Virus record (IMG/VR): IMGVR_UViG_3300032607_001425 | Coordinates: 38,120-102,119 of that record | Direction: 5' to 3' (one strand) | Source of the DNA: a virus | DNA: 64,000 nt | Shown here: piece after piece, positions 47,543 through 57,066 of the stretch | How positions within the stretch are numbered: position 1 is the stretch's first letter | How the letters are laid out: each line of letters starts with the position of its first letter | Translations under genes and position numbers: made by a program | Notes under the pieces: model-generated | What the model was told of the DNA's origin: nothing | The model's input: the letters and a program-made list of their open reading frames with translations, nothing else | The model's database searches: none

Positions 47543-47654
47543 ATTAAATAAAAAAAGGAGAAATTATAAATAACTACCTGGTCCGTAGTGTCATTATAAA
47601 ATCTCCGTAATGTTTTTATTGGTAGGACCAGTACCTTCTTATTTAATATAAATA
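47543..47654 (-). ncRNA. Endonuclease leader RNA family B, copy 3
   Basis: Same scaffold; complementary CTGGTCC/GGACCAG. Confidence 0.72.
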
Positions 47655-47666
47655 GCAATTTTTTTT

Positions 47667-47945
47667 CTAAACCGCTACTTTTTTTATATGATATCCAAAT
47701 TCTGATTCATTTTGTTGTGGATTATAGTACCGAGGTCTTGTACTATACTTTCCTTCCCAATCCTGTACATCCTCTTCCCATTCATTGGCTATTACAAAAT
47801 CCTCAGCATCACTTTCACTGTCAAAAAATTGCTCGGTGTATGGTTCATCCTGTCCACTATAATCGTGAAATACTACTTGGTACTTTTCTTGTGTATTTTC
47901 AGTTAGGAAGCTCTTCTTCCATTTTGCTATATCGAATGATTCCAT
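47667..47945 (-). CDS. Hypothetical acidic protein, possible internal virion protein
   Basis: MESFDIAKWKKSFLTEN N-terminus. Confidence 0.55.
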   Translation of the reverse strand: MESFDIAKWKKSFLTENTQEKYQVVFHDYSGQDEPYTEQFFDSESDAEDFVIANEWEEDVQDWEGKYSTRPRYYNPQQNESEFGYHIKKVAV

Positions 47946-47950
47946 TTTAC

Positions 47951-48406
47951 TTACAACTCTATGATGCGAAAAAGTTTAGTGTTAATTCGTTTTAATTCAT
48001 TTCCTTTTGTTAGTAATATACAATTTTGGTAATCCATCCAGTTTATCTTATATGTTACATCTAGGACTCCTCCGTTTAGGGACTCAATCAATCTGTTAAG
48101 TGAATTAATTGTATATAAAGAATTGCTTTCTTTTTTGCGGTGGACAAGGATTGTATTTTCTAAGAAATTAGAAACGTTTCCAAATTCAATATTATAAGTC
48201 ACGATGTATTCGTCTTGACTCTTTGAATAAAGAACGAAAATTTTGTTATAAATGATCTTGTATTTAGTTTGTATTGTACTTAATAGGGTATCCAGATTTT
48301 CCTCTGAGGAGAATGTACAGAAAAGTTTATTGCTCATGTCGGCTATGTTGTAATCGTATTCGACATCGTAGTCAAATTTTGAGGTATGTATTATGCTTTG
48401 GGTCAT
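47951..48406 (-). CDS. Hypothetical phage protein
   Basis: LFCTF...HRKKESNSLYTINSLN motif. Confidence 0.7.
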   Translation of the reverse strand: MTQSIIHTSKFDYDVEYDYNIADMSNKLFCTFSSEENLDTLLSTIQTKYKIIYNKIFVLYSKSQDEYIVTYNIEFGNVSNFLENTILVHRKKESNSLYTINSLNRLIESLNGGVLDVTYKINWMDYQNCILLTKGNELKRINTKLFRIIEL

Positions 48407-48425
48407 TAATAAATAGGATTTTGTT

Positions 48426-49754
48426 TTACAAAACTAAATTGTTACTATATTTGAATTTTACTGGGTACTTTCCTCCTTGATTCATTATTTTTTCTAAAGA
48501 TTCTAGTGTTTCTTTGCCATCTGACTTATCGAAATCGAAGACAAACGCATCGTACGTATAAAGTGCTAACTTACTTTTCTTATCTTGAAGAAACATTAAC
48601 ACATCCTTTAATATAAGGATATTTCTTGACGTTTCCAAGCTCTGCATCATATAGTTCATTAACTTTTGTGGATGCATATCTGGAAGTTCTTGGGTAAACC
48701 TTTTACCTGATATTGGATCTTCTATATATCCTTGTTCTTTGAATTGCTTCCAAAGCATTGCAATGTACTTTTCTATCTTATCAAACACCTCAAGGAAAGC
48801 ATACTCTGGTGGAATCTTTCCATAAATGGCATGAAAGTTTATTTGCTTTGCTTTTGCATACTCCTCTTCAGCTATTTCATCTTTTCCAAAGTACAATCTT
48901 GCTAATTGAACGTGTGCAGATTCATCTGTCAGTTGATATCCAATTTGTTCACATAGAAGGCGAAGGTGGTAGCCGTCAAAATCTAATTCACAAAAGAAGT
49001 CGTTCTGGGGTATGATTGTTTTTCTAAACTCAGGAGCTTTAGGAATTGCTGCAAAGTTTATGGAATTAAAAGCATTTGTCGGACGAGATGTAGTATTATA
49101 TAAGTTATACGATGTGTATGCAATATTATCTTCAATATTATACGCTTCATTGTTTGGTTTAAAAAGTTGTAAAAATTGTGTATAAATTATTTTTAATCCA
49201 GCTCTCTCAATCATAAAGAAAACTGAGGTGGCTGTTTTATTATAGAAATCAAATCCATTTGGTATTGCATATTGCAATATGCGATGTACCGTATTATAAT
49301 TATCTTCACATTTCTCAAACAACTTTGATATTGGAATAATTGTATTTATGTGTTTAAATTCGTGAAAACGATTGTAATACCAATTACATGTTGAGTTTGA
49401 TCTCGCAAGTTCTAACCTATTATAGTGAGTCATGCAATATAATAGTGACAGATCTGTTACGCACGGTAATATAAAGTGGTACATTAACTGTTTCTTATCA
49501 AACGTATAAAGTGTAGTGTACTGTTTTAAAATGTCGTAGACACAGTTTTTATCTAAATTTAATCCCTCATCATGACTTATTGGAATAATATACCCTTCGT
49601 GGTGATCTAATGGTCTTAAGTAAACTGCTACTGTATGTGTAAGAAGTGGATGATAGTTATCATTTGAAGAAATAACCTCTACATACCCCCCTTTCCTACC
49701 TAAATTTTTTAGCAATTGTATTTGCTCTTGTGTTTCTATGATATAGAACGCCAT
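48426..49754 (-). CDS. Second, compact family A polymerase-like protein
   Basis: Motif A ELDFDGYHLR, motif B AKQINFHAIYG, motif C LYTYDAF. Confidence 0.8.
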   Translation of the reverse strand: MAFYIIETQEQIQLLKNLGRKGGYVEVISSNDNYHPLLTHTVAVYLRPLDHHEGYIIPISHDEGLNLDKNCVYDILKQYTTLYTFDKKQLMYHFILPCVTDLSLLYCMTHYNRLELARSNSTCNWYYNRFHEFKHINTIIPISKLFEKCEDNYNTVHRILQYAIPNGFDFYNKTATSVFFMIERAGLKIIYTQFLQLFKPNNEAYNIEDNIAYTSYNLYNTTSRPTNAFNSINFAAIPKAPEFRKTIIPQNDFFCELDFDGYHLRLLCEQIGYQLTDESAHVQLARLYFGKDEIAEEEYAKAKQINFHAIYGKIPPEYAFLEVFDKIEKYIAMLWKQFKEQGYIEDPISGKRFTQELPDMHPQKLMNYMMQSLETSRNILILKDVLMFLQDKKSKLALYTYDAFVFDFDKSDGKETLESLEKIMNQGGKYPVKFKYSNNLVL

Positions 49755-49781
49755 AACCTTTTTTCTTTAATATAGTAAACT

Positions 49782-50498
49782 TTATTTATATTTCCAAATA
49801 AATCCTCTTGAAGTTACATTTCTTTCTTTACAGCAGTTTATAATACCTGTCTCTCTTATTTTTAAAGCTTCTGCTGCTTCCCTTATAGATGACCACTCCC
49901 TAACATAGATCCCCTCTTCTGTGAACTGTAAGACCAATCTCCTACTTCTACCTGACCATACTCTATTTTTTGGTTTTTGTAACTGCAGTACCTGTTCTAC
50001 AACTCCTACCTTGTACCTCCATAGAAACCCTCCTGCTGATTTACTTTCTTTTCTACAGCAAGCAGGAATATTACCTCTCTGTATGCCCAAAGCTTCTCCT
50101 GCTTCTTTTATTGAGTTCCATTCCCCAATGAAGACTCCTTCTAGTGAGTACTGTATAATTGTTTTCCTGTGTTTTTCTACTCTCTTCCTGTCTGAGTCTG
50201 CTGATACTTTCCCTGACCTGTCCTCCGTACCTGTCAGTTTACAGTTTAATCCACTCTCTCCTAATACGTCATAAAAATCTTGCCAATGTCTCTCACGAAC
50301 GTTTAATTCCTCAATACTACATTTTTCTACAACTTCGAAGAGGTGTGCAGAGAAACCGTATTTCAGTAGTGAGTTGTATAGCTTTGTTTGCCCTTTACAT
50401 TGCAGTCTCTTATATGCCCCTAACCTCGTTGCTGTATTTACACTTTGTCCAATATAAATTCTTCCTTTAGGATTTGTTATTTTATAAATTCCTATCAT
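49782..50498 (-). CDS. GIY-YIG homing endonuclease with two NUMOD1 domains
   Basis: GIYKIT...IYIGQS; duplicated QY/F..EG...EW.SI.EA..AL...GF.W.Y. Confidence 0.9.
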   Translation of the reverse strand: MIGIYKITNPKGRIYIGQSVNTATRLGAYKRLQCKGQTKLYNSLLKYGFSAHLFEVVEKCSIEELNVRERHWQDFYDVLGESGLNCKLTGTEDRSGKVSADSDRKRVEKHRKTIIQYSLEGVFIGEWNSIKEAGEALGIQRGNIPACCRKESKSAGGFLWRYKVGVVEQVLQLQKPKNRVWSGRSRRLVLQFTEEGIYVREWSSIREAAEALKIRETGIINCCKERNVTSRGFIWKYK

Positions 50499-50608
50499 AT
50501 TAAATAAAAAAGGAGAAATTAAAACAAACCCTCTGCAACAAGGTGTTATCTTAAAATCTCCGTAATGCTTTTATAGAGTGGTTGCAGTACTCTTCTCTAA
50601 TATAAATA
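50499..50608 (-). ncRNA. Endonuclease leader RNA family B, copy 4
   Basis: Same scaffold; complementary CTGCAAC/GTTGCAG. Confidence 0.72.
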
Positions 50609-50727
50609 GGCTAAGAAAATACTTTTAATAAGGTTCTAGCACTATCTGCTTTAATAATTCCCAACTAAATGGTCCTTTTTTTATAATATACGAAAAAAGA
50701 CCTGCGTGTGCAAGCCTTGTTGTCTTT

Positions 50728-51384
50728 TTATTTTCTTAAGTCGAAGTTTGCCTTTCTATCATTTTGCAATTGAGTGTCTGCATCTTGTTCAGTAAAACTT
50801 TGTGATGTTAGCTGCTGTTGCTGTGCTAGTACTGGCTCTTCTACTAGGTATTTATAATCTGTTATAAAAGTTGATATTCCTTTCATTTGTAATTCTAGTG
50901 CTTGTATTGCTTTTTTGTTTTTGGATTCAGCTCCTTCAAATGAATAGTTTCCAAACATTTTATCTTCGGCTGGTCCTTTTATTATCCAGTCTACTTCTAA
51001 GAAGTTTGTATTTACTAACTGCTTTTGAGCTTGCAGATATGCTTGCTTTTCTATTTCTGTTATTTTTTTGTTGTTTCTATCTTGTATAAAGTATCTTTTT
51101 GCTACTCCATTTTGTATTTCCCCTTTAGTTAGTTTCTTTGCAAAAAATCCTGTAATACTTGTTAGCAAAATGTTTGTACCTATTCTAGCTGCATCCTCTA
51201 CAAGTATATTTATTACTTTTTGCAATTCGATCCCTGTATCCATAGGAGTTTTTCCACTATAGTACTTTTTGTCAAAAGTTTCTACATAAAATCCCTTATA
51301 CGGTTGTTGCGAGATTTTTTCTATAAAACCTCCTAAGCCTGCACTTTTAGGTTTTGAGAACTTTGTTTCTGGATAGTATGGCAT
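50728..51384 (-). CDS. Hypothetical virion-module protein
   Basis: Last gene of the baseplate operon. Confidence 0.6.
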   Translation of the reverse strand: MPYYPETKFSKPKSAGLGGFIEKISQQPYKGFYVETFDKKYYSGKTPMDTGIELQKVINILVEDAARIGTNILLTSITGFFAKKLTKGEIQNGVAKRYFIQDRNNKKITEIEKQAYLQAQKQLVNTNFLEVDWIIKGPAEDKMFGNYSFEGAESKNKKAIQALELQMKGISTFITDYKYLVEEPVLAQQQQLTSQSFTEQDADTQLQNDRKANFDLRK

Positions 51385-51397
51385 GTTATTTTATATT

Positions 51398-54172
51398 TTA
51401 AGCGTAAAGTCCCTTATCTTTTTCAATTTTACCCCAGTAGCTGTCAAACTTTTGCTGTCTGTCTGCTAATCCGTTTGTCCCCCCATTTACTCTCTTGGTC
51501 ACTGCTTGTACGTTTGAATTAGAACTTCCTGCTTTTGCTAAGCTCGATATTCCTCTTGAAAGAAATTTCCACCAGTAGCATGCTGAATCTGCTGCAAAGT
51601 AGTTGCTCTCTAATAGTTTTGAATCAGTCATTATATCTGCTTTGGATCCTATAGATTTTAAATAGTTTTGGTATTGTTGGTAATTAGCTCTACCAGTAAT
51701 TTGAATATACCCTCTTCCTTTAAATTTAACTCCATCACCTCTTTGCGTATTACCTAAGGCTTTTCTTCCTTCATAAGCTTCTCCTGATGCAAATTCTTTT
51801 TTCCATGCAAACCCTCCTGATTCGTGGGCACACTGTGCAAGAAAGTGAGCTCTCTCTAATGGAGACGTAATGCCATATCGTCTCATAGCTTCTACAAGTT
51901 CGGTTGGTGGAACTTTAGTTGGTCTTGATGTGCTTGAACGTCTTTCTATATTAAGCTGCCTATTTGCAACATCCCTTGCTGTTATACCAGGTAATTGTCC
52001 TGCTGCCTGCACTTCAGCATCGCTAGGAAGCTCCGTTGAGTAGAATTGTGTTGTAACAGAAGTTTCCCAAGTATTTTTAGAATCTATACTATGTTCAAGA
52101 CCAGTTATTATATATCCAAATTTATCTTGGTACTTACTTGGAAGTATTCCTGCTCCTATTTTAAATGCCTGTCCTATTATAAATCCACCTATTCCATCTA
52201 ACTTAAATGAAAGTTCTACAGGAACCAGTCCTGGCATTGCTGCTTTGTTTTGGGTTCTGTACTTTTTTACTACATTTTGAATAGTCCATTCAGCATGCAT
52301 AGTTTTAATGGATTCCATGTCTTCTTTTTTGTATCCACTATTTGAGTTAAATTTACCAAATACCTCTACCACATCTACTAGCCATGTAGCTGCTCTCTCC
52401 TCTTGTTCTTTTTTTGCATCAGCGGCTGTCTTTGCTGCCTCACTATCTACTGTAGTTTTTGTTACTTTTAGCCTATCTATTATTCCCGTATTCCATCTTA
52501 GTATGTTTTCTATATACTCATTTGTACCAGAAGCACTTCCTTGTGCTGCAATAGATATTTGGGATGCTATCTCGTTACTAATTTTACTACTAATTCCTAC
52601 ATCAGTAAATACGCTTCCTATTCCCGCTAAAGTAAAAACTGGATGTGATGCTGAGTTTTCTGGTGTGTTGTTTCTGTCTATTACCGACCAAGTGCCTCCT
52701 TGATCTTCTTCGTCGTAAGCTAGTCCTAAATCATTAATTCCTCCAAGAGCTGTATTAACTCCATCAAGAATGTTTTCCGTAATATCAAACATACTCTTAT
52801 TAAGCTTTCCATTTTCATCTAAAGCTCCATCTAATATAGTTTTTAAGTATGGAAGTGTTATATAAATATTAAGAACATCATCTACGTCTCCTACAGGCGG
52901 AGTTCCAGTATGTGGAGATGTTACTGTAATGACATCTTCTGTTGTAAGTTTACCTGGTTTGGCAAGTACGCAAACTGTCGGATCTACTGAAAAGTGTTCA
53001 GGGCTTGTGAGAAAGGTGCTTGATTTTAAGTAGTCCGTATTAAACTTGGCAAGTATCCTATCTGGAGTTCCTTTGGGCTTGGTTATATCTATTGGTGAAA
53101 TTACTGTGTTAAATAAGTCAAATAGCAGTCTTAGCGATATCCAATGCATTGGAGTGTCTGTATCAAGAGAAAACCAACCATTCTCTAACTCTACGCTTTG
53201 AAAGTATCCTACGTGGTCTGGAAGAAGATCGTTACCGGGAGTTCCCAGTACCTCTTTTATTTTAGTGCTATCAAAGCTAATATCTGTAATAGTAGACATT
53301 TTACTTATAAAAAAATGGTACATACTCTTACGCTGCTCTTTTCCTGTTTCTGTGTCTTTTGAATCAAGTACAGCCCCTCTTTGAGCTGGGTCAAATCTCA
53401 ATTGTATTGATTCTAAAATCTCTCCTTGAGATATTATTGAAACACTGCAGTCGTACCCTCCATCAGGTGTATAACTCCATGAGAAGTTTTTTATATACCC
53501 AATCATTCCCTCGTAGTTATTATCAGCTGATGTTCTTATCTCCTTAATTGAAGCTGCTACATTTGACATCTTTACTCCATTGGAAAAAAAGCCATTAGGG
53601 ACTGTTTCAACCCTTTTTTGAAGGGCTCCGTTATTATTAATGTACATTGAATGTCCCCATTCTAAAAGAACTGTGTATCCTGGTCGAAGATACAACTCCT
53701 CCATTAATTCAAAATCCTCTAAAGTCCAGCACATAAACCTTACTTCTGCTTCTCTTAAAGTACCGTATGTATTTTTAGATTTAACATTCATAGAAGTTAT
53801 TCCAGGCATTGGCCTTATCCCTGTACTATCTTTTCTATTATTATATGCTGCTTGTTGATTATATCCTCCTGTAGTATCAATTCCTTGTCTTAGTCCCCTA
53901 AGTGGTGTTTGCACTCCTCCAAGAAGTACGTTATATCCTGCTTTTTTATTATCTCCTAAAATGGTAGTAGGATCCATCCCACCTCTTAATTGTAAAATTT
54001 GTCCTGGGGATAGTGTGTTTACTGATGAGGATAGTTTTATCCATCCAGTTTTTGAATTTAAGTAAAGTAGGTCTTCGTTTGTTCTTCCAACTTTTTTTTC
54101 TATAACTGCTTTCCTAGCTGCAATTTGATTAGCAACTGATTGCGAAACTGACTTGCCATTTCCTCCTGCCAT
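51398..54172 (-). CDS. Baseplate hub protein with C-terminal GH19 (chitinase/lysozyme-like) domain
   Basis: AHFLAQCAHESGGF, GRGYIQITGRANY, VTKRVNGGTNGLADR; located in the baseplate module. Confidence 0.85.
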   Translation of the reverse strand: MAGGNGKSVSQSVANQIAARKAVIEKKVGRTNEDLLYLNSKTGWIKLSSSVNTLSPGQILQLRGGMDPTTILGDNKKAGYNVLLGGVQTPLRGLRQGIDTTGGYNQQAAYNNRKDSTGIRPMPGITSMNVKSKNTYGTLREAEVRFMCWTLEDFELMEELYLRPGYTVLLEWGHSMYINNNGALQKRVETVPNGFFSNGVKMSNVAASIKEIRTSADNNYEGMIGYIKNFSWSYTPDGGYDCSVSIISQGEILESIQLRFDPAQRGAVLDSKDTETGKEQRKSMYHFFISKMSTITDISFDSTKIKEVLGTPGNDLLPDHVGYFQSVELENGWFSLDTDTPMHWISLRLLFDLFNTVISPIDITKPKGTPDRILAKFNTDYLKSSTFLTSPEHFSVDPTVCVLAKPGKLTTEDVITVTSPHTGTPPVGDVDDVLNIYITLPYLKTILDGALDENGKLNKSMFDITENILDGVNTALGGINDLGLAYDEEDQGGTWSVIDRNNTPENSASHPVFTLAGIGSVFTDVGISSKISNEIASQISIAAQGSASGTNEYIENILRWNTGIIDRLKVTKTTVDSEAAKTAADAKKEQEERAATWLVDVVEVFGKFNSNSGYKKEDMESIKTMHAEWTIQNVVKKYRTQNKAAMPGLVPVELSFKLDGIGGFIIGQAFKIGAGILPSKYQDKFGYIITGLEHSIDSKNTWETSVTTQFYSTELPSDAEVQAAGQLPGITARDVANRQLNIERRSSTSRPTKVPPTELVEAMRRYGITSPLERAHFLAQCAHESGGFAWKKEFASGEAYEGRKALGNTQRGDGVKFKGRGYIQITGRANYQQYQNYLKSIGSKADIMTDSKLLESNYFAADSACYWWKFLSRGISSLAKAGSSNSNVQAVTKRVNGGTNGLADRQQKFDSYWGKIEKDKGLYA

Positions 54173-54477
54173 TACCTTGTTCTATTAACCTGTCTGAATA
54201 ATTCTAGAGCTCCTTGTATGTTTGTTGGTATTCTTAATTGTACTCCTGGCTCTACGATTAGTGATGCTCTTTCTGAATTGTTGGCTGCTGCTATAATCCA
54301 CCATAAGGTGTGGTCACTGTAGAACTGTTGTGCTAAGTTATCGTATCTATCCCCTCCTGTAGAGATTACGTAGTAGTCCTGGTCAGATAAAGGGATTTCC
54401 GGATAGATAGTATTTGTTACATACTCTATCCCGTCTGTAGTTCTTAATCTTGCTATATCTCTATATCTGTTTGCCAT
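54172..54477 (-). CDS. LysM/gp53-like baseplate wedge protein
   Basis: GDRYDNLAQQFYSD.TLWWIIA.AN...PGVQLRIP. Confidence 0.8.
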   Translation of the reverse strand: MANRYRDIARLRTTDGIEYVTNTIYPEIPLSDQDYYVISTGGDRYDNLAQQFYSDHTLWWIIAAANNSERASLIVEPGVQLRIPTNIQGALELFRQVNRTR

Positions 54478-54478
54478 T

Positions 54479-56818
54479 TTATGTTATAGTTTCTCCGTTT
54501 GTAAAAAACGGTTTAGATCCATTTAGTGGTTTTTCGCTTGTAAAAAAATGATGCAATCCTGTCTGTGGTGCAAAGTTGTGTATTGGTTTAAACGATATAC
54601 TACACTTCAGCATCATTGGTAATTCTTGAACATCATCGTCTGTACTATTTCCTCCTCCTCCATCTGGATTGCCCATTGCTATTTCCCAAGGTGTGTTATT
54701 GTCTAGTGAAAATTTTACTGATGTTAGTACACCTGGTATTTGAGCAAGATACGACCCTATTGTTAATTTAGCAAGCGTCCCCCTCATTAATCCTGATGGT
54801 CCATAAGTTGGTGCTGTTGCAGATGCTAAGTACACCATTTTTCTATAAAGTGGCTTCATTTCGGACCTACTTGCTGCTGCTATGTTAAATGATACTGATA
54901 TATCTCTGTCAAATCCTCCGTAGGTATAAAAATTTTCTGCTCTTCCATTATACTTACGTCCTTGCCAATCTGCATTGTAGCTATCGTCTATTGAGTCAAT
55001 AAATGCTCTAAAGTGTAAAAACTTTGATCCGTCAGGTGTTATTATTTCAAAATAAAATTTAGCAAAGTCTCTACCAGGACCCACTCCTTCAACAAGCGTA
55101 GTACTTATGTCTTGGGCATTTAGTTTATCTACTGCAAGAGGATCTACTGTCATATAGCTACTCTTACTTGTAGACTTTCCTTGATTTCCTAAACTAATTC
55201 TTTGTTCTTTATTAACGGTCTTAGCATTGTAATCGTAGCTATAGGTTGTTTTACTTCCTAATCTAAAATCTTGTATCTGCGTTGTTTTAAAATCCTCAAA
55301 AACTATTTCTGCAGAACCTAAGTTTACATCTTCTCTAAGTTTTTTTAATGAAGTTTCTTTGGGAATACTTTGCTTACCCAATGAAGTTTCTTCGCCAATA
55401 TTTCCTGGTTCTGTATCTCCTACAAGGACTGCTTCTCCGTACGAAGTTTCGTTATGAAACGTGTAGTCCTGTCCTTCTACTGAAGAGAATATACTCTTAC
55501 CTGCTAAAGCACTTGATATATTTTTTGTAGTACTTCTTCCTGTATAAGGAGTACTATCGGAATAGTTTTGATTACCATCGTTGAGCCTATCTACATTTCC
55601 TGCAGATTTGTTTACGTCTTTTATATCAATAGGCTTTCCTCCTACATCATTTGCTGTACGAGTTTTTAATTTTTTTTCACCTTCAGCATATGATTTATTA
55701 CGTGAAAAGATGCTTGATTCTACAAACTCACTTCCTGGAGGTGCTAGTATAGTTGCTGACTCTGATGCGTTGATTGCAATGCTTCCTAAATAGTTTTTTG
55801 CTACAGTTGTTTCTCTTGGTACTTGCTGTGACGGAGTGGGTGCATTTAACGGGCGTACCGGAATGGGTGCTCCGGCTTGTGCATTATTTATTGAGGTTTT
55901 TGCTGATCTCTCTGCATAGGACTTGTCGTATGAGTATGGTACACTTAGTATATTGTTTGATGAGTCAGGATTAACATCTCCAGCTATAGAACCTGTATTT
56001 GATATGCTGTTTATCAAATTTTGCTTAGTAGGTACTCCTGGTGTTGCAGTTGTTTCTAAAGATGTTCCTGAAGGTGGATTGTATGTAGAATCATCCCCTA
56101 GTGGAATTTCTGCTTGCTTTTTATCAACAATAAAGTTTCCTACATTTATGGGGCTTCCATTTTTTGCTGAGGCTTTGTTGCTCCCATCTCTTGAAACAGC
56201 TTTATTTAGCTTTTCGTCGTATCTTTTATCTACTCTACCCCCATATCCTAAAGGTAGTGCTACATCTGGTGTAAACTCTCCAGAGACGGAATTAACATAT
56301 CCAAAATTTGATGCTGTTTTTCCCTCTATTGGTTTTCCTTCTAAAGCTAGAGGTGCTCCTTCGACGCCACCTGCTCCAAAGAATTGTGCAAATTTAGATC
56401 TAGTATTTCCTCCTGAGGGTTGTAGATATGTATTAGTTCTAAATCCTTTTAGAAAATGAGTACCAGTTCCATTTACAGGAACTTGTGCTAGAGTTGATCC
56501 TACAATTTTAACTGTATTTACAAATGTACCTCCTACTTGAGAAAGTACTGCTCCTGCAATAGATTTATTTCCTCTGTTTTTTATTTTATTTGCTACATCT
56601 ATTTGTTGAAGTAGTGCTTCATTTGCTAGATACTTAAAACCAGGTTTGCTTACAAGCATTTGGGCAATACGTGATGTGTCATCTATTCGTTTAGCTACTT
56701 GCATACCTATTTGATTACTTGAAGGAGCATTATTTATGTCCTTAGTAATGTATGGTGTTTCGCTTCCATAACGAAGACTTTTAAGGTCTGTTTGGAGATT
56801 AATTAATCCGTTTGCCAT
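54479..56818 (-). CDS. Baseplate/tail-tube initiator-like protein
   Basis: C-terminal FRAFID...W....Y.GR.E.FY.Y.GF.R domain; follows the tape measure gene. Confidence 0.65.
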   Translation of the reverse strand: MANGLINLQTDLKSLRYGSETPYITKDINNAPSSNQIGMQVAKRIDDTSRIAQMLVSKPGFKYLANEALLQQIDVANKIKNRGNKSIAGAVLSQVGGTFVNTVKIVGSTLAQVPVNGTGTHFLKGFRTNTYLQPSGGNTRSKFAQFFGAGGVEGAPLALEGKPIEGKTASNFGYVNSVSGEFTPDVALPLGYGGRVDKRYDEKLNKAVSRDGSNKASAKNGSPINVGNFIVDKKQAEIPLGDDSTYNPPSGTSLETTATPGVPTKQNLINSISNTGSIAGDVNPDSSNNILSVPYSYDKSYAERSAKTSINNAQAGAPIPVRPLNAPTPSQQVPRETTVAKNYLGSIAINASESATILAPPGSEFVESSIFSRNKSYAEGEKKLKTRTANDVGGKPIDIKDVNKSAGNVDRLNDGNQNYSDSTPYTGRSTTKNISSALAGKSIFSSVEGQDYTFHNETSYGEAVLVGDTEPGNIGEETSLGKQSIPKETSLKKLREDVNLGSAEIVFEDFKTTQIQDFRLGSKTTYSYDYNAKTVNKEQRISLGNQGKSTSKSSYMTVDPLAVDKLNAQDISTTLVEGVGPGRDFAKFYFEIITPDGSKFLHFRAFIDSIDDSYNADWQGRKYNGRAENFYTYGGFDRDISVSFNIAAASRSEMKPLYRKMVYLASATAPTYGPSGLMRGTLAKLTIGSYLAQIPGVLTSVKFSLDNNTPWEIAMGNPDGGGGNSTDDDVQELPMMLKCSISFKPIHNFAPQTGLHHFFTSEKPLNGSKPFFTNGETIT

Positions 56819-56829
56819 TTAATGGTGTA

Positions 56830-57030
56830 TTATTTTGGTGGATTGCTTAAGTACTTAGTTGGAGTTGCTCCGTCTAAATCTAATTTAGATGGGCTCTGCT
56901 CAATATCCGGACTATCATTTAGTGATGATTGAAAATGTAAAGTTGACGTATTTTTAGAACTTGGTATGTTGTTTGGTGTTGATCCTTTTAATCCTAGATC
57001 TGATTTTGGTAATGAATCTAATAATCCCAT
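56830..57030 (-). CDS. Small virion-module protein
   Basis: ORF after a TATTTATA motif. Confidence 0.55.
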   Translation of the reverse strand: MGLLDSLPKSDLGLKGSTPNNIPSSKNTSTLHFQSSLNDSPDIEQSPSKLDLDGATPTKYLSNPPK

Positions 57031-57066
57031 ATTATATATTTTTTTAGTTTATTATAAATAGTTTGT

